Shown here: in pieces, positions 1-9,001 of the stretch
How the letters are laid out: the number at the start of each line of letters is the position of its first letter
Position numbering within the stretch: the first letter of the stretch is position 1
DNA from: Anaeromyxobacter sp.
GTDB taxonomy: Bacteria > Myxococcota > Myxococcia > Myxococcales > Anaeromyxobacteraceae
DNA length: 64,000 nt
Direction of reading: 5' to 3'
Assembly (NCBI GenBank): GCA_049840735.1
Contig: JASGJN010000013.1
Location: 128,001 to 192,000, forward strand
Notes under the pieces: model-generated
What the model was told of the DNA's origin: nothing
Seen by the model: the letters and a program-made list of their open reading frames with translations, nothing else
Database searches by the model: none
Position numbers and translations under genes: made by a program

Positions 1-699
1 GGCCTGGACCCGGCGCATGACGGGCTGCGCGTCGCCCAGCTCTCCGACCTGCACGTCGGGAACCGGACCCCCGACGCCATGCTCCGCGACGCCATCGCCC
101 AGGCCAACGCCTTCCAGCCGGACCTGGTGGTCCTGACGGGCGACTACGTCTGCCGCAAGCCCTGGGAGGTGGGCAAGATGCGCGAGGTGCTGGGTGGCCT
201 CGCCGCGCCGACCCTGTGCGTCCTGGGCAACCACGACGTGTGGGTCGATGCGCCCGGCGCCGCCGACTCGCTGCGCGCGCTCGGCTACGAGGTGCTCGAC
301 AACGCCTGGACCACCCTGCGCGTCCGCGGGGAGCCGCTCCACGTGGTCGGGGTGGGCGACTTCCACACCAAGCGAGCGGACGTCCCGCGCGCCATGGCCG
401 GCCTGCCGGACAGCGTCACGCCGCTGGTGCTGGCCCACGGCCCCCGCACCGCCGACGAGCTGCGTGCCCGCAACCGCCCCATGGTCTGCATGTCAGGCCA
501 CACCCACGGCGGCCAGATTAGCATCCCCATCCTGACTCCCCTGTTCCTGGCCAGCATGGCCCATGAGCCCTACGTCCGGGGCCGCTACAAGCTGGGCGAC
601 GTGCAGCTCTACGTGAACCGGGGCATCGGTCTGTCGGGCATCAAGGTCCGGATCAACTCGCCGCCCGAGGTCACGCTGGCCACGCTCCGCCGGGCCTGA
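1..699 (+). CDS. Metallophosphoesterase (calcineurin-like, YkuE-type), 5'-truncated by the window edge
   Basis: Frame 1 is open from base 1 (…LSDLHVG…); motifs DLH, LTGDY, LGNHD, AH, SGHTHGGQ, YVNRGIG. Confidence 0.9.
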   Translation, partial: GLDPAHDGLRVAQLSDLHVGNRTPDAMLRDAIAQANAFQPDLVVLTGDYVCRKPWEVGKMREVLGGLAAPTLCVLGNHDVWVDAPGAADSLRALGYEVLDNAWTTLRVRGEPLHVVGVGDFHTKRADVPRAMAGLPDSVTPLVLAHGPRTADELRARNRPMVCMSGHTHGGQISIPILTPLFLASMAHEPYVRGRYKLGDVQLYVNRGIGLSGIKVRINSPPEVTLATLRRA

Positions 700-791
700 G
701 GGTACGTCCCTGACCGCGACGCGGGCCCCCTCGCAGGCCGGGCCTTCTCGCCGCAGTGCGGCTAACCTTTCCTGTCCCCCAGGGAGGTCGA

Positions 792-2495
792 ATGTCCGCC
801 GCCGCCCCGTCACCCTCCGACACCCGCAGCCTCGACGAGGCGGTCGCCCGCCTGCGCGAGGCCGCGCCGCGCTGGGCCCGCGCGCCCATCGCGGAGCGGA
901 TCCGGCTCGCCCGCGCCATGCTCCGCGGGACCGCACGTACGGCGCAGCGGGCCGTGGCCGCCGCCTGCGCGGCCAAGCGGATCCCGCCCGGCGCCCCGCA
1001 GCAGGGCGAGGAGTGGATGTCCGGTCCCTACGTGGTCGCGCGCTCGCTCCGCCAGCTGATCGGCTCGCTCGAGCAGCTCGACCGGCGCGGCAACACGCCC
1101 ATCGGCCCGCTCGCCGACACCGTGGACGGCCACCTGTCCGTGCGCGTCTTCCCGCACTCGCGGCAGGACGCGCTGCTGTTCATGGGCATCCGCGCCGAGG
1201 TGCACCTCGAGGCGGGCGTGAACCAGGCCGGGCTGGAGGAGACGCGGGGGCGCTTCTACAAGGCGCCCGATCACCAGGGGAAGGTCTGCCTGGTGCTTGG
1301 CGCGGGGAACATCAACGCCATCCCGCCGCTCGACGTCGCGACCAAGCTCTTCAACGAGGGGGAGGTCTGCGTCCTCAAGATGAACCCGGTGAACGCCTAC
1401 CTCGGCCCCATCCTCGAGGAGGCCTTCGCCGAGGCCATCCGGCTGGACCTGCTGGCCGTGGTCTACGGCGGCGGCGACGTGGGCGGGTACCTGGCCCACC
1501 ACCCGGGCGTCGACGAGGTCCACGTCACCGGCTCGGATCGCACCCACGACGCGATCGTGTGGGGCCCGCCCGGCCCCGAGCGCGCCGAGCGCATGGCGCG
1601 CGGCCGCCCGCTGCTCGACAAGGAGATCACCAGCGAGCTGGGCAACATCTCGCCGGTGCTGGTGGTGCCCGGCCCCTGGGACGCCTCCTCGCTGGCGGCG
1701 CAGGCCGAGAGCGTGGCCGGCGCGGTCACGCACAACGCCTCCTTCAACTGCAACGCGGCCAAGCTGCTCGTGACCGCCCGCGACTGGCGCCACCGCGACG
1801 CCTTCCTGGCCGGCGTGGAGCACTTCATGGCGCTGGTCCCGGCCCGCTACGCCTGGTACCCGGGCGCGCAGGACCGGTACCGCTCCCTCACCGAGGGGCG
1901 CAGCGAAGTGCGCCGCGTCGGGCAGGGCGAGGGCGCGCTCCCCTGGACGCTGGTGCCGGGGCTCGAGGCGGAGACGCCCGACCCGGCCTTCACCACCGAG
2001 CCCTTCTGCTCGATCCTCTCCGAGACCTCCACCGGCACCGAGGATCCGCTGGAGTACCTCGACCGCGCGGTCCGCTTCGGCAACGAGCGGCTGTGGGGCA
2101 CGCTGGCCGCGCACGTGGTGGTCCACCCGAAGACCCTGGCCGACCCGACCCTCGGCCCGGCGGTGGAGCGGGCCATCCGCCAGCTGCGCTACGGCTGCGT
2201 GGCGGTGAACACCTGGGCCGGGTACGGCTTCGCGCTGGGCACCACGCCCTGGGGCGCCTTCCCCGGCTCCACCCTCACCGACATCCAGAGCGGCCGCGGG
2301 TTCGCCCACAACACGCTGATGCTGGAGGGCGTGGAGAAGGTGGTGGTGCGCCACCCGGTGAAGACCTTCCCCAAGCCGCCCTACTTCCCCAGCCACCGCA
2401 GCGCCCACCGGCTGGGGCGGAGCCTGCTCAAGCTGGAGGAGAAGGGGAGCTGGCTCAAGGTCCCGGGCGTGATCGCCTCGGGGCTGCGCGGCTAG
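792..2495 (+). CDS. Aldehyde dehydrogenase family protein
   Basis: GGAGG RBS before ATG 792; GAGN, LKMNPVN, HVTGS, TSELGNISP (catalytic Glu), NASFNC (catalytic Cys), EPFC. Confidence 0.85.
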   Translation: MSAAAPSPSDTRSLDEAVARLREAAPRWARAPIAERIRLARAMLRGTARTAQRAVAAACAAKRIPPGAPQQGEEWMSGPYVVARSLRQLIGSLEQLDRRGNTPIGPLADTVDGHLSVRVFPHSRQDALLFMGIRAEVHLEAGVNQAGLEETRGRFYKAPDHQGKVCLVLGAGNINAIPPLDVATKLFNEGEVCVLKMNPVNAYLGPILEEAFAEAIRLDLLAVVYGGGDVGGYLAHHPGVDEVHVTGSDRTHDAIVWGPPGPERAERMARGRPLLDKEITSELGNISPVLVVPGPWDASSLAAQAESVAGAVTHNASFNCNAAKLLVTARDWRHRDAFLAGVEHFMALVPARYAWYPGAQDRYRSLTEGRSEVRRVGQGEGALPWTLVPGLEAETPDPAFTTEPFCSILSETSTGTEDPLEYLDRAVRFGNERLWGTLAAHVVVHPKTLADPTLGPAVERAIRQLRYGCVAVNTWAGYGFALGTTPWGAFPGSTLTDIQSGRGFAHNTLMLEGVEKVVVRHPVKTFPKPPYFPSHRSAHRLGRSLLKLEEKGSWLKVPGVIASGLRG

Positions 2496-2556
2496 AACCT
2501 CGGCCGGGCGACGGCGCGCGCTGGCGTGGCGCGGCGCGACGGCGCCGCCTCCCGCG

Positions 2557-4590
2557 CTACCAGACCTCGCAGCGCGCCGGATCGGGCCGGACCATGGGGC
2601 TGCCGTCGCGGCAGGAGAAGGCGGCGGAGAACTCGGCCAGGTTGGAGAGCGGGCCGTTCACCCGCGTCCGCGCCGGCGCCTGCGCCCGGGCCAGCTCGGC
2701 GGCGGGGTCGCGGCTGGCGGTGCAGATTGACTGCGCGTAGCCCAGGAAGAACTGCTGCTCCGGCGTGAACCCCAGCAGCTTGTACTCCGCCTCGGGCGCG
2801 GAGCCGCGGGCCTCGGCCCAGGCCGCGTAGGCCAGCTTCACGCCGGCCAGGTCCGCCACGTTCTCGCGCCGGGTGCGCGCGCCGTCCAGCGGCACGCCCG
2901 GGGCCGCCTGGTAGGCCGAGAACTGCCGCTCCACGCAGGCGGCCCGCTCGGCGTAGCGCCGCGCGGTCTCCGCCGTCCACCCGTCGCGCGGCATCCCCTC
3001 GCCGTCGCGCTCCCGCCCGCCCTCGTCCACGGCGTGGATCAGGGCGGCCGCGAGCACGGAGCCGAGCGCGCCGTAGTTCACCGCCTCCGGCGCGCCGCGG
3101 TTGAAGAACGGGGGCTGCAGCAGCGCCGGCGGGCAGACCAGCTCGTTGAGGAGCGGGTCGTGGTAGGCCTCCAGCGACGGCGGCGGCGGGCGCAGCGCAG
3201 CCCGGTCCACCGGGCGGCCGACCTGCGCCAGCTCGTGGCGGTGCGCGGCGCGCGCCGCGGTCATCCAGTTCCGCAGCCAGGACTCGCGCTCGATGCGCAG
3301 CCCCCCCGGATCCGGCGCCACCGGGGGCGCCCCCACCGACACGGTGAGCCGCACCAGCTTGTCCTGCGCGCGGCTGCGGCTCGGCCCGTCCATCCAGGCC
3401 AGGTCCTCCATGTCCCGCTGCAGCGCGGCCTCCAGCTCCACCACCAGCCGCGCCGCCCGGTCGCGCGCCTCGTCCACCGGGTAGCGCCGCAGCCAGGCCT
3501 GCCCCAGCGCCGGCCCCAGCGCGGCCCCGGTGGCGAGCACGCAGCGCCGCCAGCGGGGCGGCGGCTCGGCGGCCCGCCCCGGCGCGCTCCGGAAGGCCAG
3601 CCGCTCCTGCAGGAAGGCGGCCGGCAGCGCGCCCGCGTCCGCCGCGGCGGCGGTGATCCGCCAGCGCAGGTAGGCGCGCCAGTCCTCCAGCGCCCCGCGC
3701 GCCACCAGCGTCGCCACCCGCGCCGTGTAGGCCTGGGCCGTCACGCTCACCGCGCGCGGCTGCGGCAGCCCCAGCCGCTCCAGCAGCCGCCCCCAGGCCA
3801 GCCCCGGCGCGAGCCGCTCCAGCCCGGCCCGGTCCAGCCGCTGCGCGGCCCCGGGGGCGCCGGGCGCGGGCAGCGCCTCGGCCAGCGCCGTCTCCAGGCG
3901 CAGCGCGCGCGAGGCCTCCTGGTCGGCCTCGGCGGCGCCCAGCCCGGCCAAAAGGTAGAGCGTGCGCAGGTGGGCGGCGTAGCGGGCCCGCAGCTCGGTG
4001 GGCTGCGGGCTGGCGGAGAGGTACGTGTCGCGCTGGAGCTCCAGCCCGGCCGGCGAGAGGACCAGCGAGAGCTGCGAGGGATCGCGCGGGTCGAGCCCGG
4101 CCGCCGCCGAGAGCGGCCCCGGGACGTCGCTCGACATCAGCCGCCCCAGCTCCTCGGCCAGCGCGTCGCGATCCGGCACCGCGTCCAGCCGCGCCCACTC
4201 CGCCCGGAGATCCACCAGCCCGCGCGCCTCCACCGCCGGCTCGTCCATGCAGGACGCGTAGGCGTCGCCCAGCTTGCGCAGCCCGTGATCCCGCGGGTCC
4301 CCCTTCCCCGCCGCCGCGTCGTCCAGCAGCCGCCGCAGCTGCCGCAGCGATCGCTCCTCCAGCTCGGAGCGCCCGCGGCTCCAGGTGCTCCGGTCCGGCG
4401 GGACGGCGGTGGTGGAGAGCCAGCCGCCGCAGGCGAACTGGTAGAAGTCGTCGCAGGGCTCGATGGAGCGATCGAGCGCCGCCTCGTCCAGGGCCGGGTA
4501 GCTCTCGCCGGCGCGCGGGCGGGTCCGGTGGCAGGCGGCGAGGCCTGCGGCCAGGGCGGCCAGGGTGACGAGGGCGAGGGCGCGGCGCAC
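2557..4590 (-). CDS. M13 (neprilysin/PepO) family peptidase-like lipoprotein, catalytic motif degenerate
   Basis: Lipobox LAAC; PCDDFYQFACGGW, PPRWRRC, LQPPFF, ENVAD, RVNGPLSN, C-terminal CEVW; HExxH reads AALIH. Confidence 0.85.
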   Translation of the reverse strand: MRRALALVTLAALAAGLAACHRTRPRAGESYPALDEAALDRSIEPCDDFYQFACGGWLSTTAVPPDRSTWSRGRSELEERSLRQLRRLLDDAAAGKGDPRDHGLRKLGDAYASCMDEPAVEARGLVDLRAEWARLDAVPDRDALAEELGRLMSSDVPGPLSAAAGLDPRDPSQLSLVLSPAGLELQRDTYLSASPQPTELRARYAAHLRTLYLLAGLGAAEADQEASRALRLETALAEALPAPGAPGAAQRLDRAGLERLAPGLAWGRLLERLGLPQPRAVSVTAQAYTARVATLVARGALEDWRAYLRWRITAAAADAGALPAAFLQERLAFRSAPGRAAEPPPRWRRCVLATGAALGPALGQAWLRRYPVDEARDRAARLVVELEAALQRDMEDLAWMDGPSRSRAQDKLVRLTVSVGAPPVAPDPGGLRIERESWLRNWMTAARAAHRHELAQVGRPVDRAALRPPPPSLEAYHDPLLNELVCPPALLQPPFFNRGAPEAVNYGALGSVLAAALIHAVDEGGRERDGEGMPRDGWTAETARRYAERAACVERQFSAYQAAPGVPLDGARTRRENVADLAGVKLAYAAWAEARGSAPEAEYKLLGFTPEQQFFLGYAQSICTASRDPAAELARAQAPARTRVNGPLSNLAEFSAAFSCRDGSPMVRPDPARCEVW

Positions 4591-4652
4591 GGGCTGGACG
4601 GGTCTCCGGCTCTTGGAGCCAGCGCGACTATGGCCCGCCCGGCTGGGCCCGC

Positions 4653-5144
4653 TCAAGGCGAATCGGCGGCGCCGAGCGTGGCGCGCAGGGCCAGGCGCGC
4701 CTCGCGCCGCACGCGCGCCTCGCGCTCGCGGCGGCGCTCCAGATCGCTCTCGGCCAGGAGCGGCCCCACCCGGGTGGGCCGCCGATCGCGGTCGAGCGCC
4801 ACGAAGGTGAGGTAGGCGTCGCAGCAGCGCTGGCGCGCGCCGGTGAGCGGGTCCTCCGACTCCACCACCACCTCGACCTCCATGGACGTGCCGAAGACCG
4901 CGTTCACGTGCGCCACCAGCACCGCCATCTGGCCCACCTTCACCGGGGCCAGGAAGTTGAGCTGGTCGATGGAGGCGGTGACCACCGGCATGCGGGCGTG
5001 GCGCATGGCCGACATGGCGGCGGCCAGGTCGATCCACTGCATGACCATGCCGCCGAAGGCGCCGCCCATGATGTTGGCGTCGGACGGCATGACCAGGTGG
5101 ATCACCTCGACGCGCGAGGCGGAGGCCGGCTTGGGAGCGCTCAT
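4653..5144 (-). CDS. Acyl-CoA thioesterase (HotDog, YciA-like)
   Basis: VMPSDAN..G.AFGG.VMQWID, VVTASID.LNF.APV, TSMEV, FVALD. Confidence 0.9.
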   Translation of the reverse strand: MSAPKPASASRVEVIHLVMPSDANIMGGAFGGMVMQWIDLAAAMSAMRHARMPVVTASIDQLNFLAPVKVGQMAVLVAHVNAVFGTSMEVEVVVESEDPLTGARQRCCDAYLTFVALDRDRRPTRVGPLLAESDLERRREREARVRREARLALRATLGAADSP

Positions 5145-5280
5145 GGCCCGTGTCTAGCGCATCTCGCGCCGCCGGGCGCGGGCCGCGGGCCCCGGCACCC
5201 AGCGGTGGCCTGACCACCGGTGGTGTCGTGACGGGGGTGAGGCGTAAGATGCGCGCCTTTCCACCCCGGAGTCCCGAACC

Positions 5281-6099
5281 ATGCCGCTCGAGGTCACCCT
5301 CATCGACGTCGCCCGCGATCCGCTCCAGAAGCTCTACGGCGCGTACCGCACCTGCTACACCCCCAAGACGCCGTCGGAGGTCTGGACCGAGATCCGCGAC
5401 GGGCGCATCGCCCCGGACACCATCCGCGAGTTCGTCACCGAGCGGCTCAAGACCGGCCACGCCTCGCCGCTCGAGCAGGTGGTGTTCTGGTTCGGCATCT
5501 CCGGCGTCTCCCGCGCGCTCTCGCACCAGTTCGTGCGCCACCGCATCGGCATCTCCTTCGAGCAGCAGTCGCAGCGCTACGTCCGCTACAAGGAGGAGCG
5601 CCTCGACTACGTCATGCCCAAGACCTGGGAGAAGGCGGGCCTGGCCGACGCCTACGACCAGCTCATGCGGGAGATCACCCGGGTCTACGAGGACGCGCTG
5701 CAGAAGGGCATCCCGGCCGAGGACGCCCGCTTCGTCCTGCCCAACGCCACGCCCACCAACTTCCAGGTGATGGTCAACTTCACCGAGCTGCTCCACATCG
5801 CCGACCTGCGGCTCTGCTGGCGCGCCCAGTGGGAGATCCGCCACATGGTGGCGCTGATGCGGCGCGAGGTGATGCGGGTGGCGCCGGAGCTGGGCACGCA
5901 CCTGCAGCCCAAGTGCGGCGACAAGCGCATGGGCTACTGCGACGAGCCGCGCAAGGAGTGGGAGAAGTGCCCGCTCGGCAAGGTGCGGCCGCACAAGGAG
6001 CAGATCCTCGAGGTCTTCCGCGAGTACCGCGCCGGCAACCTGGTCCCGCTGGGCGAGGAGCACCTGCGCGCGGTGGAGGACGCCGGGAACGAGGAGTAG
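5281..6099 (+). CDS. thyX: FAD-dependent thymidylate synthase
   Basis: GHASPLE, SRALSHQFVRHR..SFEQQSQRY ThyX motif, EDARFVLPNA, AQWEIR. Confidence 0.96.
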   Translation: MPLEVTLIDVARDPLQKLYGAYRTCYTPKTPSEVWTEIRDGRIAPDTIREFVTERLKTGHASPLEQVVFWFGISGVSRALSHQFVRHRIGISFEQQSQRYVRYKEERLDYVMPKTWEKAGLADAYDQLMREITRVYEDALQKGIPAEDARFVLPNATPTNFQVMVNFTELLHIADLRLCWRAQWEIRHMVALMRREVMRVAPELGTHLQPKCGDKRMGYCDEPRKEWEKCPLGKVRPHKEQILEVFREYRAGNLVPLGEEHLRAVEDAGNEE

Positions 6100-6153
6100 C
6101 CCCCCGCGCGCGACGCGCCACCGGGGGCGGGGCGCGGGTACAATCCCGTCCGC

Positions 6154-8673
6154 ATGGAACTCCACGTGAAGGTGGCCCGCGCCGCCGCCGCGCTCGCCGT
6201 CGCGCTCCTCGCCTCGCCCGCAGCCGCCCAGCTCGCCGCCGCCACCGACCGCGCGCAGGGGCTGCCGGCCGGCCTGACCCTGCCGGTGCTGGGCGCCGCC
6301 ACGGCGGAGGAGCCCACCGCCCTGGGCGTGAACCCGGCCGGCGTGGGGTTCGTGCGGGACCTGAACCTCCAGTACTTCCACGAGGAGGGGCCGGCCCAGG
6401 ACGGGCGCGGCGACGGCCTGTACCTGGCCGACCGGTTCGGGCCGCTGGGCGTCGGCTACGGGGTGGAGTGGCTCCACCCCGGCCAGGACCTGGGGCCCAG
6501 GTACGATCGGCAGCGGCTGGCGCTCACGCTGGGAGACGGCCGCACCGGCGCGTTCGGCTTCGGGTGGACCTGGGTGGGCTCGAAGGACGGCGCGCTCGAC
6601 GCCGTGTCCAGCTGGGACATCGGCCTCACCACCCGCCCGGCGCGCTGGCTCTCCATCGGCGCGGCGGCGCTGGGGCAGGACGCGCGGCTGTCCGGCCAGC
6701 GCCTCCCCGTGCGCTTCGACGTGGGCGTGGCCACCCGGCTCTTGCGCGACCGGCTGACGCTCTCCGCCGACCTGCTCGCCGACGACTTCGGCGGCGACAC
6801 CTTCCGCACCACCGCCCTCACCTTCGGCGCCGGCGCCGAGCTCGGCGGCGGCCTCGCCCTGGGGCTGCAGGCGCAGACGCCCATCCGCGACGCCACCGGC
6901 ATCCCGCAGGACACCGCCTGGCTCGTCACCGCCTCCTGGAACGCCCCGCACACCGGGGTCACCGGTGGCGCCACGGCGCTCGGCAAGGACAGCGGCTGGC
7001 TGCTGGGGGCGCGCTCCTCGATCGAGCGCTACCGCGCGCCCGAGCCGGTCCGCGTGGTCCCCACCATCGACGTCGACGACGCGCTCCGCCCGCGCCGCTT
7101 CCTGTTCCTGCAGGTGGGCGATCCAGATCCCTACGGCGCGCTAGTGGCCCGGCTCACGGAGGCGCGCGACGACCCCTCGCTGGCCGGCGTGATCGTGAAG
7201 ATCGACGCGCTCGACCTGGGGGCCGGACGTGTGGAGGAGCTGCGCAGCCTGCTGGCCGCCGTCCGCGCGCGCAAGCCGGTGCTGGCGTACCTGACCGGCG
7301 GCGGCACGCGCGAGTACTGGCTGGCCAGCGCCGCCACCGCCGTCGCGGCGCCCCCGGGCGCGTCGCTGATGGTCAACGGCTTCGCCACCTCCCAGCTCTA
7401 CCTCCGCGACCTCTTGGCGCGCCTGGGCGTCTCGGTCCAGGTGGTGCGCGCCGGTGCCTACAAGAGCGCCACCGAGCCGCTCATCCGCACCGGCCCCTCC
7501 CCCGAGGCGGCGGAGGCCACCCAGGCCCTGCTCGACTCGGTGTACGGCAGCTTCGTGGACGACGTGGCAGCGGCCCGGCGGCTCGCGCCCGAGCAGGTGC
7601 GCGCGCTGGTGGACCAGGGCCTCTTCACCAGCGAGGAGGCCAGCGCGGCCGGGCTGCTCGACGCGGTGCTCTGGCCGGACGAGGTGAAGGACTGGGCCCG
7701 GCGCACCACCCGCCGCGGCCTGGTGACCGGCCGCTACGACCCCACGCCGCACCGGGAGGCCGAGCGCTGGGGTCAGCCCCCGGTCGTCGAGGTGATCCGG
7801 CTGGAAGGGATGATCACCCGCGAGGGCGCGGCCGGGCTGCCCAGCCGCGGCCCGCGCCTGGCCGGCGCCAGCGCGGTCGCCGCCGCGCTGCACCGCGCCG
7901 CCGCCGATCCCGACGTCCGCGCCATCGTGCTCCGGATCGAGAGCCCCGGCGGCGACGGGCTGGCCTCCGACCTGATCTGGCGCGAGGTGCAGCGCGCCCG
8001 GCAGAAGGGCAAGGTGGTGATCGCCTCCATGGGCGACCTGGCCGCGAGCGGCGGGTACCTGGCGGCGGTGGCGGCCGACGCCATCCTGGCCGAGCCCTCC
8101 ACGCTGACCGGGTCCATCGGCGTCTTCGCCGCCAAGCCCGACCTCTCCGGCCTGCTCGAGAAGATCTCCGTCAACCGGACGGCCTGGGCGCGTGGAGACA
8201 AGGCGCAGCTCACCTCCATCGCCCGCCCCTGGAGCGAGGCCGAGCAGGCGGTGCTGCAGAAGCAGATCGACGCCTTCTACCGGCTCTTCCTGGCCCGCGT
8301 GGCGGAGGGGCGGCACCTGCCGGTGGCCGACGTCGAGGCGGTGGCCGGCGGGCGGGTCTGGACCGGCCGGCAGGCGCTGGAGCGGAGGCTGGTGGACAGG
8401 CTCGGCACCCTGGCCGACGCCGTGGCGCTGGCGCGCGAGCGGGCCGGCGTCGATCCCACCGACGTGGTCGAGGTGCGCCGCGCCGGCGCCTCCGAGGGCA
8501 TGCTGTCCCGGATCCAGCAGGTGACGCTGGCGCCGGCCGCCTCGCCGGCCGCCGACGTGCTGGCGCGGCTGGTGGAGGCGTCGCCGGAGGTGTCGAGCCT
8601 CCTCCTGCTCTCCGACCTGGGGCCGGTGCTTGCGCTCCCGGAGGCGTGGGTCCTGCCCGCGGCCGCCCCGTGA
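6154..8673 (+). CDS. sppA: Signal peptide peptidase SppA (tandem S49 domains) with N-terminal signal peptide and beta-strand-rich domain
   Basis: YWLASAA, GAYKSATE, LRIESPGG, SMGDLAASGGY, TLTGSIGV, GGRVWTGRQA. Confidence 0.9.
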   Translation: MELHVKVARAAAALAVALLASPAAAQLAAATDRAQGLPAGLTLPVLGAATAEEPTALGVNPAGVGFVRDLNLQYFHEEGPAQDGRGDGLYLADRFGPLGVGYGVEWLHPGQDLGPRYDRQRLALTLGDGRTGAFGFGWTWVGSKDGALDAVSSWDIGLTTRPARWLSIGAAALGQDARLSGQRLPVRFDVGVATRLLRDRLTLSADLLADDFGGDTFRTTALTFGAGAELGGGLALGLQAQTPIRDATGIPQDTAWLVTASWNAPHTGVTGGATALGKDSGWLLGARSSIERYRAPEPVRVVPTIDVDDALRPRRFLFLQVGDPDPYGALVARLTEARDDPSLAGVIVKIDALDLGAGRVEELRSLLAAVRARKPVLAYLTGGGTREYWLASAATAVAAPPGASLMVNGFATSQLYLRDLLARLGVSVQVVRAGAYKSATEPLIRTGPSPEAAEATQALLDSVYGSFVDDVAAARRLAPEQVRALVDQGLFTSEEASAAGLLDAVLWPDEVKDWARRTTRRGLVTGRYDPTPHREAERWGQPPVVEVIRLEGMITREGAAGLPSRGPRLAGASAVAAALHRAAADPDVRAIVLRIESPGGDGLASDLIWREVQRARQKGKVVIASMGDLAASGGYLAAVAADAILAEPSTLTGSIGVFAAKPDLSGLLEKISVNRTAWARGDKAQLTSIARPWSEAEQAVLQKQIDAFYRLFLARVAEGRHLPVADVEAVAGGRVWTGRQALERRLVDRLGTLADAVALARERAGVDPTDVVEVRRAGASEGMLSRIQQVTLAPAASPAADVLARLVEASPEVSSLLLLSDLGPVLALPEAWVLPAAAP

Positions 8674-9001
8674 GGAAGAGACCTACCCTGCGACGATTCG
8701 ACCCCAAGGGGCCGCATCCGGGCTTTCCTTCCCGGATCTTTCTTGCTAAACATCAGTTGTCCCACCGCGGCGAGCGACGTAGGTTTCAGCGGCGGGGGGA
8801 CCGACCCCTGATCGACCGGGTCCTGGCTCAGAACGAGAGTTGACGCTGCGCGAGACGCGCGCGGCGCGCCAGAGACGGGATCGAGGGCAGGCGTCCGCGG
8901 ATCCTTCACATCAGGCTGTCCGCGGAAGCGCCGTTCCAGACGCGAAACGTAAGTACCGCAGGGGCCGGACCAGTCCGCCCGCGGCCGGAGCAGACGACAG
9001 C

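Noticed and set aside
2557..6951. 1464-aa ORF as a giant fusion protein (likewise 11664-15566 and 50694-54443)
   Set aside because: Only the 3' part encodes a recognisable protein; the upstream part is read-through across other genes
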